DNA of 64,000 bases from Armatimonadota bacterium (lineage in GTDB: Bacteria; Armatimonadota; Fimbriimonadia; Fimbriimonadales; GBS-DC): positions 1 to 64,000 of the forward strand of contig JBBIJY010000004.1 of NCBI GenBank assembly GCA_037445735.1, written 5' to 3'. The number at the start of each line of letters is the position of its first letter. Within the stretch, counting starts at the first letter, position 1. Positions 19,595-29,637 of this stretch are shown here, in pieces. The notes under the pieces were generated by a model, which saw only the letters and a list, made by a program, of their open reading frames with translations, did no database searches and was not told where the DNA came from. The translations under genes and the position numbers were made by a program.

Positions 19595-20264
19595 GTTCCG
19601 GGCGAACCTGCACCGCCGCCCGATCCGTCAGCAGCGGACGATAGCAGGGATTGTGCCACACCAGCTTCAGCGCACAGTTGAGCGAGTCGCGATCACCCTC
19701 TAAATAATCCACCACCCCATATTCAGGCGTGAGGTTGATCCCCTCGTAGAACACCTGATAGGGGTCATGCAGGGTGTTGATATAGATGCCCAGCAGGCGC
19801 TGCTTCTGCGCGTACGCGAGCTGATCCGGGTCATACCCCATCTGCTCGACCCACTGACGGAATCGGGGCAATCGTCCATAGATGACCGCACGCGCCAGAT
19901 GCGAACGGGCAAACAGCCGCCGATTCATAATAAAGAGCGCACGCGCCGCCTCCATCTTTTGCGAGGCGATGCTGACCGCATACAGCGTTTCGCCCGACGG
20001 CACATGCGTGGCGCAGGTGCCGCCTGCCGTATCCAGCCACCAGTTTTCGCGGATCTGATCCTGGTGCAGCAGTATCACCATGCTGTAGGCGCAGGGACGC
20101 CCGTTGTACAGAGCGACCAGGAACCCTTCGGGATGATGATCCAACCATGCCTCGAAGTAGTCCCTCGTCAGCGCCGCGCTGCCAAACAGCTGATCCAGTT
20201 CCTCAATCCGTTCTAAATCGGTTTCCCCAGCCTGCCGAACCTCGAATGCTCCTATTTTGACCAT
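19554..20264 (-). CDS. GNAT-family acetyltransferase-like protein (YkwB-like)
   Basis: FEVRQAGETDLERIEELD, HPEGFLVA, THVPSGETLYAVSI, GRLP; overlaps the hpt 3' end convergently. Confidence 0.6.
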   Translation of the reverse strand: MVKIGAFEVRQAGETDLERIEELDQLFGSAALTRDYFEAWLDHHPEGFLVALYNGRPCAYSMVILLHQDQIRENWWLDTAGGTCATHVPSGETLYAVSIASQKMEAARALFIMNRRLFARSHLARAVIYGRLPRFRQWVEQMGYDPDQLAYAQKQRLLGIYINTLHDPYQVFYEGINLTPEYGVVDYLEGDRDSLNCALKLVWHNPCYRPLLTDRAAVQVRPEPTSSPLQYPATRR

Positions 20265-20425
20265 AGCGCACCCCTTTCAGAAGCGTTGGGAACGCATCCT
20301 TTATTATAGCACATCCTTCACCCTTTTCCTGCTTGCCGGGTTGCAGAGTTTTGAAACCCGATGCGTCCGCCGAGCAGGTCGGTTCAGCCATCCCGGCACA
20401 CTGCTGTTCGAGTAAAATAGGGGCG

Positions 20426-20947
20426 ATGAAGTGTCCGCGCTGTGGGTGGATTGGGGAGCAGCGGGTGGACGCCTGCCCTGGCTGCGGCTTCACGCTGCTG
20501 GCGCTTCAGGTCCCAGCCCATCTGCAACTGCAGCGCCAGAACACGGTGAACGACTTCGCGAACCTGTTGAGCGATTCGGAGCGCGAACAGCTGAAGGAGC
20601 GATTGCAGCAATTGAGTGAAACAATGGGCGGTGTGCTGGTGATAGCGACGGTGCTGGCGGTCGCGCCACTCAAACCCGGCGAGTACGCCTTCTGGCTCTA
20701 TCACCACTGGCGACTGCCTGCGAACGGACTGCTGCTGTTGATTGCCCTTCAGGAACGCTGGATAGAGAGCGAGGTGGGACTCGCGTGGGAGCCGTTGCTT
20801 TCGGATGTGGAGACGGGCGAGGCGTTGCAAGCTGCCGTGCCCCTGTTCAAGGAGGGGCGCTACGCCGACGGGTTGCTGAACGCGCTGCAGGTCATTGAGC
20901 AGCTCTATCGTATTCGTCAGGAGGCGATAAGCCATGAGAGGAGTTAG
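20426..20947 (+). CDS. TPM domain protein with N-terminal zinc ribbon
   Basis: CPRC..CPGC, then VNDFANLLS, IESEVG, FKEGRYADG. Confidence 0.8.
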   Translation: MKCPRCGWIGEQRVDACPGCGFTLLALQVPAHLQLQRQNTVNDFANLLSDSEREQLKERLQQLSETMGGVLVIATVLAVAPLKPGEYAFWLYHHWRLPANGLLLLIALQERWIESEVGLAWEPLLSDVETGEALQAAVPLFKEGRYADGLLNALQVIEQLYRIRQEAISHERS

Positions 20948-22238
20948 CCTGCTGTTGATGGTGCTGGTCGCCACAGGCACATGGGCACAGCGCGTGCAGG
21001 AGGTGCCCAACCCGCGCGAAAGGGGCGGCTGGGTCACCGATATGGTGGGCATTCTGACACCCGACCAGCGGCAACACCTGAACGAGGCGATTAACTCGCT
21101 CGAACGCGATACGGGCGCCGAGATGGCAATCGTCATCCTCCGACGCACGGTGGACGCTGAGCCGAAAGAGTTCGCCACCGAACTGTTCAACCGCTGGGGC
21201 GTCGGCAAAAAAGATATTAACAACGGCGTGCTGATCCTGGTCGCCCTGGAGCAGCGGCGTGTGGAGGTCGAAACAGGCTACGGCATCGAGGCAATCATCC
21301 CCGACTCTGAAGTCGGACTGCTGTTGCAGGATTTCATGGTGCCTGCGTTTCGGCGGGGCGATTATGCGGGCGGGCTGATGGCGCTGGTGCGCGAGTTGAG
21401 CCAGCGCATTCGTGACCGTCTGGCGGAGCCAGCTGCAGCGCCAACCGCGCAGGCGCCCCCCATCGGGGCGATACTGGGCGTGTTGCTAACGGCAGGCGGG
21501 GTGGGGCTGGCGGGCTGGCTGCTGTTGCGCGAGCGGGCGCCTCGTTGCCCCACCTGCCGCCAGCCGATGCGCCTGCTCACCGAACAGCAGGATGACGCCT
21601 ACCTCAACCCTCTGCAGCTGCTGGAAGAGCGATTGAAGAGTGTCGACTATCGCGTGTGGCGCTGCGATCGGTGTCAGACGCTGGAGATTCGCCCGCGCGT
21701 GCTATGGTGGTCGGGCTACGAAAAGTGCCCGAAATGTGGCGGGCGCACGGTGCAGACGCGCAGTTATGTGGTGCGCGAACCGACCTATACGCGGTCGGGG
21801 CTGGAGATGATTCATAAGGTGTGCAAGAACCCGCGCTGCGACTATGAAGATGAGCAGCAGCGCGTGCTGCCCCGCCGCGAGCGGGCGCCCAGCGTGATTG
21901 TCACGGGCGGAGGCGGCTCATCGCGAAGCGGCGGCTGGTTCGGCGGCAGCGCTTCTGGCGGGGGCGGTGGCTGGGGCGGATGGTCAGGTGGCGGCAGCTT
22001 CGGCGGCGGCAGTTCAGGAGGCGGCGGCGCGGGCGCCAGCTGGGTCATCAGCCTGCCAGATAACAGCTGGAGCGGTTCGACCGCAAGCAGCGGCTGGACG
22101 GACAACACCACATCCAGCAGCGCGACAGAGAGCAGTTTCAGCGATAGCGACTCGATGGAGAGCGGCAACGAGTCCGATAGTGGCGGCAGCTTCGGCGGCG
22201 GCGAGAGCGGCGGAGGCGGTGCAGGCGCCAGCTGGTGA
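20934..22238 (+). CDS. TPM domain (YgcG-like) membrane protein with CxxC motifs and a Gly-rich tail
   Basis: WGVGKKDINNGVLILVA, VETGYGIE, TM segment, CxxC pairs, GGSFGGG..GAGASW. Confidence 0.9.
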   Translation: MRGVSLLLMVLVATGTWAQRVQEVPNPRERGGWVTDMVGILTPDQRQHLNEAINSLERDTGAEMAIVILRRTVDAEPKEFATELFNRWGVGKKDINNGVLILVALEQRRVEVETGYGIEAIIPDSEVGLLLQDFMVPAFRRGDYAGGLMALVRELSQRIRDRLAEPAAAPTAQAPPIGAILGVLLTAGGVGLAGWLLLRERAPRCPTCRQPMRLLTEQQDDAYLNPLQLLEERLKSVDYRVWRCDRCQTLEIRPRVLWWSGYEKCPKCGGRTVQTRSYVVREPTYTRSGLEMIHKVCKNPRCDYEDEQQRVLPRRERAPSVIVTGGGGSSRSGGWFGGSASGGGGGWGGWSGGGSFGGGSSGGGGAGASWVISLPDNSWSGSTASSGWTDNTTSSSATESSFSDSDSMESGNESDSGGSFGGGESGGGGAGASW

Positions 22239-22244
22239 ACAACC

Positions 22245-22913
22245 ATGGAAAAACGGTTCGAGCAGGAAGAAGCGCAGGAAGTGATTCAGGAAGCCATTCG
22301 GCTCCAGCAGGAGCACGAATCGGGCATTTCGCGGCAGGTGCTGGAGCAGAGCGCAGCCGAGCTGGGCATCGAGCCCGAGCGGTTGCGCGAGGCGATCCGC
22401 CGAATTGAGCAGGAGCGCGAGCGCCGCGCCCGAATCCGACGCAACACCCTGATTGCCGTTGGCGTCGCCGCCCTGCTGATGGTGCTGAACCTGATTTACA
22501 GCCATTTCGCCCTGAGCGACGCGTGGGCGGAAGTGCAGATGCGCAAAGCGCAGGTGGAGACTGTGCAACAGCGACGCCAATCGCTCATCCCGCGCCTGGA
22601 GATGCTGGTACAGCAGGCGAATACCGCCCAGCGCGAACAGCTGCAGCAGGTGCTGAATACCCTGCGCCAGTCGGGCGACGAGACGCAGGCGGCACAGCTA
22701 CTCCTGCGGCAGATATTGAGCAATCCCGCCCTGCGCAACGACCGCCTCATGCTCGTGCTGATGTACGAAATCGCGGGCGCGGAGAACCGTATCGCGGTGG
22801 AACGCGGGCGCTATGCGCAGGCTGCCGCTCGCTACAATCAGGTGGCAAACCGTTTCCCCATCTTGCTGGCGCGTCCCCTGCTGGGCTACCCCGCCCGGGC
22901 GCCTTCACTGTGA
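22245..22913 (+). CDS. LemA family protein
   Basis: QRRQSLIPRL, IAGAENRIAVERGRY, RFP; clustered with the TPM genes. Confidence 0.82.
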   Translation: MEKRFEQEEAQEVIQEAIRLQQEHESGISRQVLEQSAAELGIEPERLREAIRRIEQERERRARIRRNTLIAVGVAALLMVLNLIYSHFALSDAWAEVQMRKAQVETVQQRRQSLIPRLEMLVQQANTAQREQLQQVLNTLRQSGDETQAAQLLLRQILSNPALRNDRLMLVLMYEIAGAENRIAVERGRYAQAAARYNQVANRFPILLARPLLGYPARAPSL

Positions 22914-22983
22914 TCGCGCACTTTGAACGCTCTCCCGCATGGTCTGCCCCGAAACGAGGTACGCTTAACTGCCCGGAGGGTCT

Positions 22984-23517
22984 ATGAGCTACGGCTGGAC
23001 AGGTGAAAAGGTGCGACTGGTGCCGCTGGACAAAGAGAAGCACTTCGAGAACGCCCTGCGCTGGGTCAATGACCCCGAAATCACGCAGTGGACGCTTATC
23101 GGCGACTTCCCGCTGAGCCGATTAGCCGAAGAGGATTGGTTCGACCGCATGATGCGGGGTACGGAGCGGGATGTCGCCTTCGCCATCGAGACTCTGGAGG
23201 GTGAACACATCGGCTTCACCGGCATTCACCAGATTAGCTGGCGGCACGGCACGGCGACAACGGGCACGATGATCGGGCGCAGCGATTTGTGGGGCAAGGG
23301 CTACGGCACTGACGCGGTGCGGGTGCGCACGCGCTACGCCTTTGAGGTGCTGGGTCTGCGCCTGCTGCTCTCTGAGGTGCTGGATGGCAACCATGCCTCG
23401 CTGAAGATGCTGTTGAAGGCGGGCTATCGGGAGGTGGGTCGCATCCCGCGCCGCTACTGGAAACGGGGCGCCTACCGCGATGCCATCCTGCTGGTCAGGG
23501 AGCGCGATGTGCCATAG
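22984..23517 (+). CDS. GNAT acetyltransferase, RimJ/RimL family
   Basis: WGKGYGTDA, NHASLKMLLKAGY. Confidence 0.88.
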   Translation: MSYGWTGEKVRLVPLDKEKHFENALRWVNDPEITQWTLIGDFPLSRLAEEDWFDRMMRGTERDVAFAIETLEGEHIGFTGIHQISWRHGTATTGTMIGRSDLWGKGYGTDAVRVRTRYAFEVLGLRLLLSEVLDGNHASLKMLLKAGYREVGRIPRRYWKRGAYRDAILLVRERDVP

Positions 23518-23531
23518 CGCAGCTTTACCAG

Positions 23532-23574
23532 CCCCCCTTCACCCGTGCCCTCTCCCCCTTCAGGGGGAGAGGGA
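23532..23574. repeat. REP-like palindrome between convergent genes
   Basis: CCTTCACCCGTGCCCTCTCCCCC..GGGGGAGAGGG. Confidence 0.8.
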
Positions 23575-23578
23575 CTCG

Positions 23579-24979
<1,401 letters not shown>

Positions 24980-24988
24980 TCACCGTAG

Positions 24989-25011
24989 TAGCAGGGGCAT
25001 CCTGCCCCTGA
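24989..25011 (+). repeat. Second REP-like family (GTAG-nn-GGGGCATCCTGCCCC) in the thiC leader
   Basis: GTAGCAGGGGCATCCTGCCCCTG hairpin. Confidence 0.5.
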
Positions 25012-25032
25012 CGCGCGACGCTGACGCCACTG

Positions 25033-25127
25033 ACCGCGTTCCCTCCGCCGGTATTACCCGGATCAGGTTCCAGGGGTTTCCCCACAAACGGGGATCTCAG
25101 CCGCCTGACGGCAGCACCCCCCGCGGC
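25033..25127 (-). promoter_or_regulatory. TPP riboswitch
   Basis: Minus strand GGGGTGC..GCTGAGA..ACCC..AACCTGATCCGGGTAATACCGGCGGAGGGAA, upstream of thiC. Confidence 0.96.
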
Positions 25128-25185
25128 TGATAAGAAGTATACCCGTCAATGGGTCGGAAGGGTCGGAAGGGGTATAGTAGAGGGG

Positions 25186-26088
25186 TTGATCGGGATGCTG
25201 AAGGGGCTTGCGTGGCGTGAAGGGCAGGGCGCGGGCGAGCGGGATCGGGCGTGGCTGGGCTGGAGTGTGGCTTATCTGGCGCTGCAGACAGCGACGCCGT
25301 TCGTGGTGGTGCCGCTGGGCTGGGTGTGGGTCGGCACGCTGATCAGCACGCTGGCATTGATGGCAACGCTGCTGGGGCTGGTCTTCGCGCTTGCCCGATT
25401 GTGTGAGGCGCATCGCTGGCTGGCGCTCGCGCTGCTGATGGGGGGCGCAAGCGCGTTCGCGCTGTGGCTGCTGCTGCCCACCCTGCTGGGGCTGTCCGCT
25501 CACCAGCGGGTGTCGCCCCTGATCGCCGTGCCCTATCGCGCCGTGCACGGCTATCTGCTGATCCTGTCAGCGATCGGGCTGGGCTGCCTGCTCTCCCGAA
25601 TCGTTCGGGAGAAGAACCTGCTGGTGCCGGTGGTGCCGTTCGCGGCGCTGATCGACGCCTTCACGGTGCTGACGCCTGCAGGCTTTGTGAAGCGGGTGAT
25701 GGAGACGGCACCAGCGGTGATGGAGCGGGCAGCGGTGGCGATTCTGGCGTCGCCCGGTCTGGCGACGCCTGCGGTCAAGCGTGTGGTGCCGATTGCACTG
25801 GTGGGCGCGGGCGATTTCGTGTTTCTGGCGCTCTACGCGGCGTGCCTCTATCGGTTCGGGCTGCAACCCTTCGCCACGGCGGTCGGGCTGTTTTTAACGC
25901 TGTGGGCGTATCTGGTGCTGGTAATGGTGGGCGTCACGCCCGCGCTGCCCGCGCTCGTGCCGATGGCGGTCGTCATCCTCGCGGTCAACTGGCGGGCGTT
26001 CCAGCTCTCCCGTCAGGAGAAGTGGGCGAGCCTGCTCGTGCTGCTGCCGACCGCCGCGCTGCTGCTCTATCTGCTCTGGCGATTCTGA
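25186..26088 (+). CDS. Polytopic membrane protein, candidate presenilin/SPP-like GxGD aspartyl protease
   Basis: About 9 TM segments; ALIDAFTV, VGAGDFVF and LPAL motifs in A22 order. Confidence 0.6.
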   Translation: MIGMLKGLAWREGQGAGERDRAWLGWSVAYLALQTATPFVVVPLGWVWVGTLISTLALMATLLGLVFALARLCEAHRWLALALLMGGASAFALWLLLPTLLGLSAHQRVSPLIAVPYRAVHGYLLILSAIGLGCLLSRIVREKNLLVPVVPFAALIDAFTVLTPAGFVKRVMETAPAVMERAAVAILASPGLATPAVKRVVPIALVGAGDFVFLALYAACLYRFGLQPFATAVGLFLTLWAYLVLVMVGVTPALPALVPMAVVILAVNWRAFQLSRQEKWASLLVLLPTAALLLYLLWRF

Positions 26089-26089
26089 G

Positions 26090-26590
26090 ATGGAAACGAT
26101 ACGGGATGCACTGTTTGCACTGCTGTTCGTGGCGGATTCGCCGCTGACCATCGAGACGCTGAGCGAGGTGCTGGGTCAGCCGCCCGATGGGGTGGAGGCT
26201 GCGCTGAACCAGCTGGAGCGCGAACTGACGGCGCAGGGACCGATTCAGCTCCTGCGCGTCGCGGGCGGCTACCAGCTCGCGACGAAGCCCGAATATGCGC
26301 CCTATATCGCCCGCCTGCTGAACCCGCCTCCGAAGAAGCTTTCGCGCGCCGCGCTGGAGGTGCTGGCGATTGTCGCCTACGAGCAGCCCGTCACGCAGGC
26401 GCAGATCGACGCCCTGCGCGGCGTGGACAGCAGCCACACCGTGCGCCAGCTGGTGGCAAGAGGACTGATCGCCGAAGTGGGGCGCAAAGAGGCGCCCGGT
26501 CGACCCGTGCTGTACGGCACAACGGCGCAGTTCCTGCACTACTTCGGGCTGAACAGCCTGGACGAGTTGCCCGAACCGCCGGAAGAGTAG
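26090..26590 (+). CDS. scpB: SMC-Scp complex subunit ScpB
   Basis: VAGGYQLATK, LSRAALEVLAIVAYEQPVT, RGVDS, GRPVLYGTT..FLHYFGL. Confidence 0.96.
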   Translation: METIRDALFALLFVADSPLTIETLSEVLGQPPDGVEAALNQLERELTAQGPIQLLRVAGGYQLATKPEYAPYIARLLNPPPKKLSRAALEVLAIVAYEQPVTQAQIDALRGVDSSHTVRQLVARGLIAEVGRKEAPGRPVLYGTTAQFLHYFGLNSLDELPEPPEE

Positions 26591-26617
26591 AGGCATGGCT
26601 CCCACGACCCTTTACTC

Positions 26618-26796
26618 GCCCCTCATCAATCTCATGCCCTCTCCCCTGTGGGGAGAGGGGCTGGGGGTGAGGGGTTTTCTACCAGTGTGAGGCACTTAGC
26701 CCCCTCACCCGTACCCTCTCCCCCTGAAGGGGGAGAGGGATTAGACTCCTCCCCCCCTTCCACAGCGTGGGAGAGGGGCTGGGGGTGAGGGGTTTC
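26618..26796. repeat. REP-like array, near-identical to 3541..3695
   Basis: Shares the linker TTTTCTACCAGTGTGAGGCACTTAG and the arm order. Confidence 0.9.
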
Positions 26797-26803
26797 TCGC
26801 AGG

Positions 26804-27373
26804 CTACGGGCGGGTCAAAAAGTTCTTCAGCAGCTCCTTGCCTGCCTCACTCATGATCGATTCGGGATGGAACTGCACGCCTTCGATGGGGTAGCGTCGA
26901 TGGCGGACGCCCATAATCTCGCCCTCGTCGGTCTCGGCGGTGATTTCCAGCTCGGCGGGCAGGCTCTCGCGGCGGATGACCAGCGAATGGTAGCGGATGA
27001 CCCTGAGCGGGTTCGGCAAGCCGCGAAACACGCCCTGATCGGTATGGCGCACGAGCGAGGTCTTGCCATGCATCGGGCGCAGGGCGCGCACAATCTCGCC
27101 GCCGAACGCCGCGCCAATCGCCTGATGACCCAGACACACGCCCAGCAGAGGGATTTTGCCCGCCGCCGCGCGAATGAGTGGCACGCAGATGCCCGCCTCA
27201 TTCGGCGTGCAGGGTCCAGGCGAGATCACCAGGCAATCGGGTGCCAGCGCCAGCACCGCGTCGACGGTCAGCGCGTCGTTGCGCACCACCTGCACCGTCG
27301 CGCCCAGCTCGCCCAGATACTGAACCAGATTGTAGGTGAAGCTATCGTAGTTATCGATCACCAGCACGCGCAT
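26804..27373 (-). CDS. Anthranilate/aminodeoxychorismate synthase component II (TrpG/PabA)
   Basis: [36 protein letters not shown]. Confidence 0.95.
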   Translation of the reverse strand: MRVLVIDNYDSFTYNLVQYLGELGATVQVVRNDALTVDAVLALAPDCLVISPGPCTPNEAGICVPLIRAAAGKIPLLGVCLGHQAIGAAFGGEIVRALRPMHGKTSLVRHTDQGVFRGLPNPLRVIRYHSLVIRRESLPAELEITAETDEGEIMGVRHRRYPIEGVQFHPESIMSEAGKELLKNFLTRP

Positions 27374-27391
27374 CGGCAACCTCCCTCACGG

Positions 27392-29467
27392 TTAACTTGC
27401 TTCCTGCACGCGGAGCTGACCGCCGAGCAGCTCCACGCGAAGGGCGCGGGGCGGCTGACCCGCGCTGTCGACAGCGGTGGGCACATAGGGCGCAATCAGC
27501 ATCAGCAGCTCGCGTTCCACCGCCCGCTCCAGCTCGCGTGCGTCGTAATGCTCATGATAGCCCTGCTCCGCCAGCCAGTCGATAACGGCGTCGTCCACCG
27601 CCACCTCCAGCCCGCGCCGCCGATACATCTCCTGCAGGCGCGGCAGGAAGCGCGTCTCGATAATCTGCCGCATATGCGCCTTCTCCAGCGGCTGAAAGAT
27701 GCACAGCGCATCGATCCGGTTCACAAACTCTGGCGAGAAGCTTTCAGCGAACAGCCGACGCCAGTCTTCGGGCGAATGCTTCTCGCGCAGGAAACCGACC
27801 GCTGTCTCTGGATGCAGGTTGGAGGTCATCACGATAATCGTGTCGGCGAACGAGACGCGCCGACCCTGCGTGTCGATGATATAGCCATCATCAAAAATCT
27901 GCAGGAAGACCTTATGTACCTCCGCGTGCGCCTTCTCGATTTCGTCTAACAGCACGACGCAGAAGGGGTTCTCGGCGACGAAATCGAGCAGAGGGCTGCC
28001 CATTTCAAAGCCCACATAGCCGGGTTCCGCGCCCAGCAATCGGGCGACCGTGTGCGCCTCAAAGAACTGGTTCATATCGAGGCGGAGCAGTCGGTCGCGC
28101 GAGCCGAAGAAGTATTCGGCGAGGGCGCGCGCCATCTCCGTCTTGCCCACGCCCGTCGGTCCGACAAACAGGAACACGCCGTTCGGGCGCTCCGGGCGCA
28201 GGTCCAGCCGCCGAATCTTGAGGCTGAACACCCGCACCAGCGTTTCGATGGCGGCGTCCTGACCAACGATGCAGCTTTTCAGATAAGCCTCCAGCCCCTG
28301 CAGCCGCTCCATCAGCGACCGTTCGCCCGCGCCTATCGGCAGACCCGTGATGCGCTCCGTGACCTCCCACACGAGGCGCGGCTCAATCTGGTTCAGCCCC
28401 AGCATGCGGGCGCGACCGACCGCCTGATCCAGAATCATAATCGCTCTGTCGGGGAAGGGGCGATGGCGGATGTTCTCGTCGGCGACCTGCACCATCAGCT
28501 GCAGCGTCTCGTCGCTGATGTCGATGCCCAGCTGCGTACGGAAATGGTCGCGCAACTGCTGCAGCACAATCAGTGTCTCCTGCGCGTCCAGCGGATGCAC
28601 GGGAATGGGCTGGAACCGCTTGAGCAGATCGGGCGCGTGCCCGACCTGACGCTGCAGGTTTTCAAGGCTGCTCACCGCGCCGATAACGGGGATGCGGCGG
28701 GTCACCAGATCGCTCAAGAACTGCAGGCGCAGCGCTTCCAGCGGCGGCGCGGGCGCGTTCAGGAAAATCTCGAACGGCTCCAGATAGAGAATCGCGTTCG
28801 CTGCGCTCGCCTCCTCCACCAGCTGAATATAGAAATCGGGCGCGTCGATGAGCTGCGGGAACAGGATCACGGGTCGGTTCTGAAGCGTTGATGGCACGGT
28901 GCCTGCCGCGATGCGCTGTGCCAGCCCCTGCACGACGGCGCGTCGCCCGACGCCCTCCAGCCCTACCAGCACCGCGTAGGGATTGATCGGGCGGCACAGC
29001 ACCTCCATCAGGCACTCGATCTCCGTGTCGCGTCCCACCACCTGCGGCAGTGCGCCCGCCTTCGCCTGCTCGGTCAGATTCAGCCCCGCGCTCAATATGC
29101 GGAAGCCCGACCCGGAAGCCGACGCCCGATGCTGGCGCAATAGCAGCAGCGACTGACCCAGGTGCCGCACCGAGATCCATCGCTTGCCCTCGCGCACCGC
29201 CTGCTCCGCCGCCAGCTGAACCACCTGATCGAGCGTGAAGGCGAACGATTCATCGCCGCCGTTCAGCTCCTGCTGGAGCGCCTGCTGAAGCGCATCGATG
29301 TCCAGCTCCGGCGCCAGCTGGTGGAGCGTGTTGCGGTGATGCTGAATCAGCGCCAGCAGCAGGTGGCGGGCGTCGGCGCGGATTGACTGCGCCAGAACCT
29401 GCGCATGATGTAAGAGGCGCATCGCGGGCGCGGAAATCCGCACCCGCACCACCGATAGCTCCTTCAT
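27392..29467 (-). CDS. ClpA/ClpC-like AAA+ ATPase with a degenerate first ATPase module
   Basis: Clp-N-like domain, VVGRDTEI, D2 GPTGVGKT and LLDEIEKAH, VGF loop. Confidence 0.88.
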   Translation of the reverse strand: MKELSVVRVRISAPAMRLLHHAQVLAQSIRADARHLLLALIQHHRNTLHQLAPELDIDALQQALQQELNGGDESFAFTLDQVVQLAAEQAVREGKRWISVRHLGQSLLLLRQHRASASGSGFRILSAGLNLTEQAKAGALPQVVGRDTEIECLMEVLCRPINPYAVLVGLEGVGRRAVVQGLAQRIAAGTVPSTLQNRPVILFPQLIDAPDFYIQLVEEASAANAILYLEPFEIFLNAPAPPLEALRLQFLSDLVTRRIPVIGAVSSLENLQRQVGHAPDLLKRFQPIPVHPLDAQETLIVLQQLRDHFRTQLGIDISDETLQLMVQVADENIRHRPFPDRAIMILDQAVGRARMLGLNQIEPRLVWEVTERITGLPIGAGERSLMERLQGLEAYLKSCIVGQDAAIETLVRVFSLKIRRLDLRPERPNGVFLFVGPTGVGKTEMARALAEYFFGSRDRLLRLDMNQFFEAHTVARLLGAEPGYVGFEMGSPLLDFVAENPFCVVLLDEIEKAHAEVHKVFLQIFDDGYIIDTQGRRVSFADTIIVMTSNLHPETAVGFLREKHSPEDWRRLFAESFSPEFVNRIDALCIFQPLEKAHMRQIIETRFLPRLQEMYRRRGLEVAVDDAVIDWLAEQGYHEHYDARELERAVERELLMLIAPYVPTAVDSAGQPPRALRVELLGGQLRVQEAS

Positions 29468-29637
29468 CCCGGCGCGATTATACCGCAACTTTAAACTCGC
29501 AGGGGCAACAGCGAGGAGGAGTATCTGTTTCATTGGTACAGGAACAGCCCCCGGTCGTTAGCAAACCGCCACCCGCATGGGTTAAACTTGCAACAAAACA
29601 GCGCGGAAGGGAGTTAAAGGTCTATGAGGTGACGACC

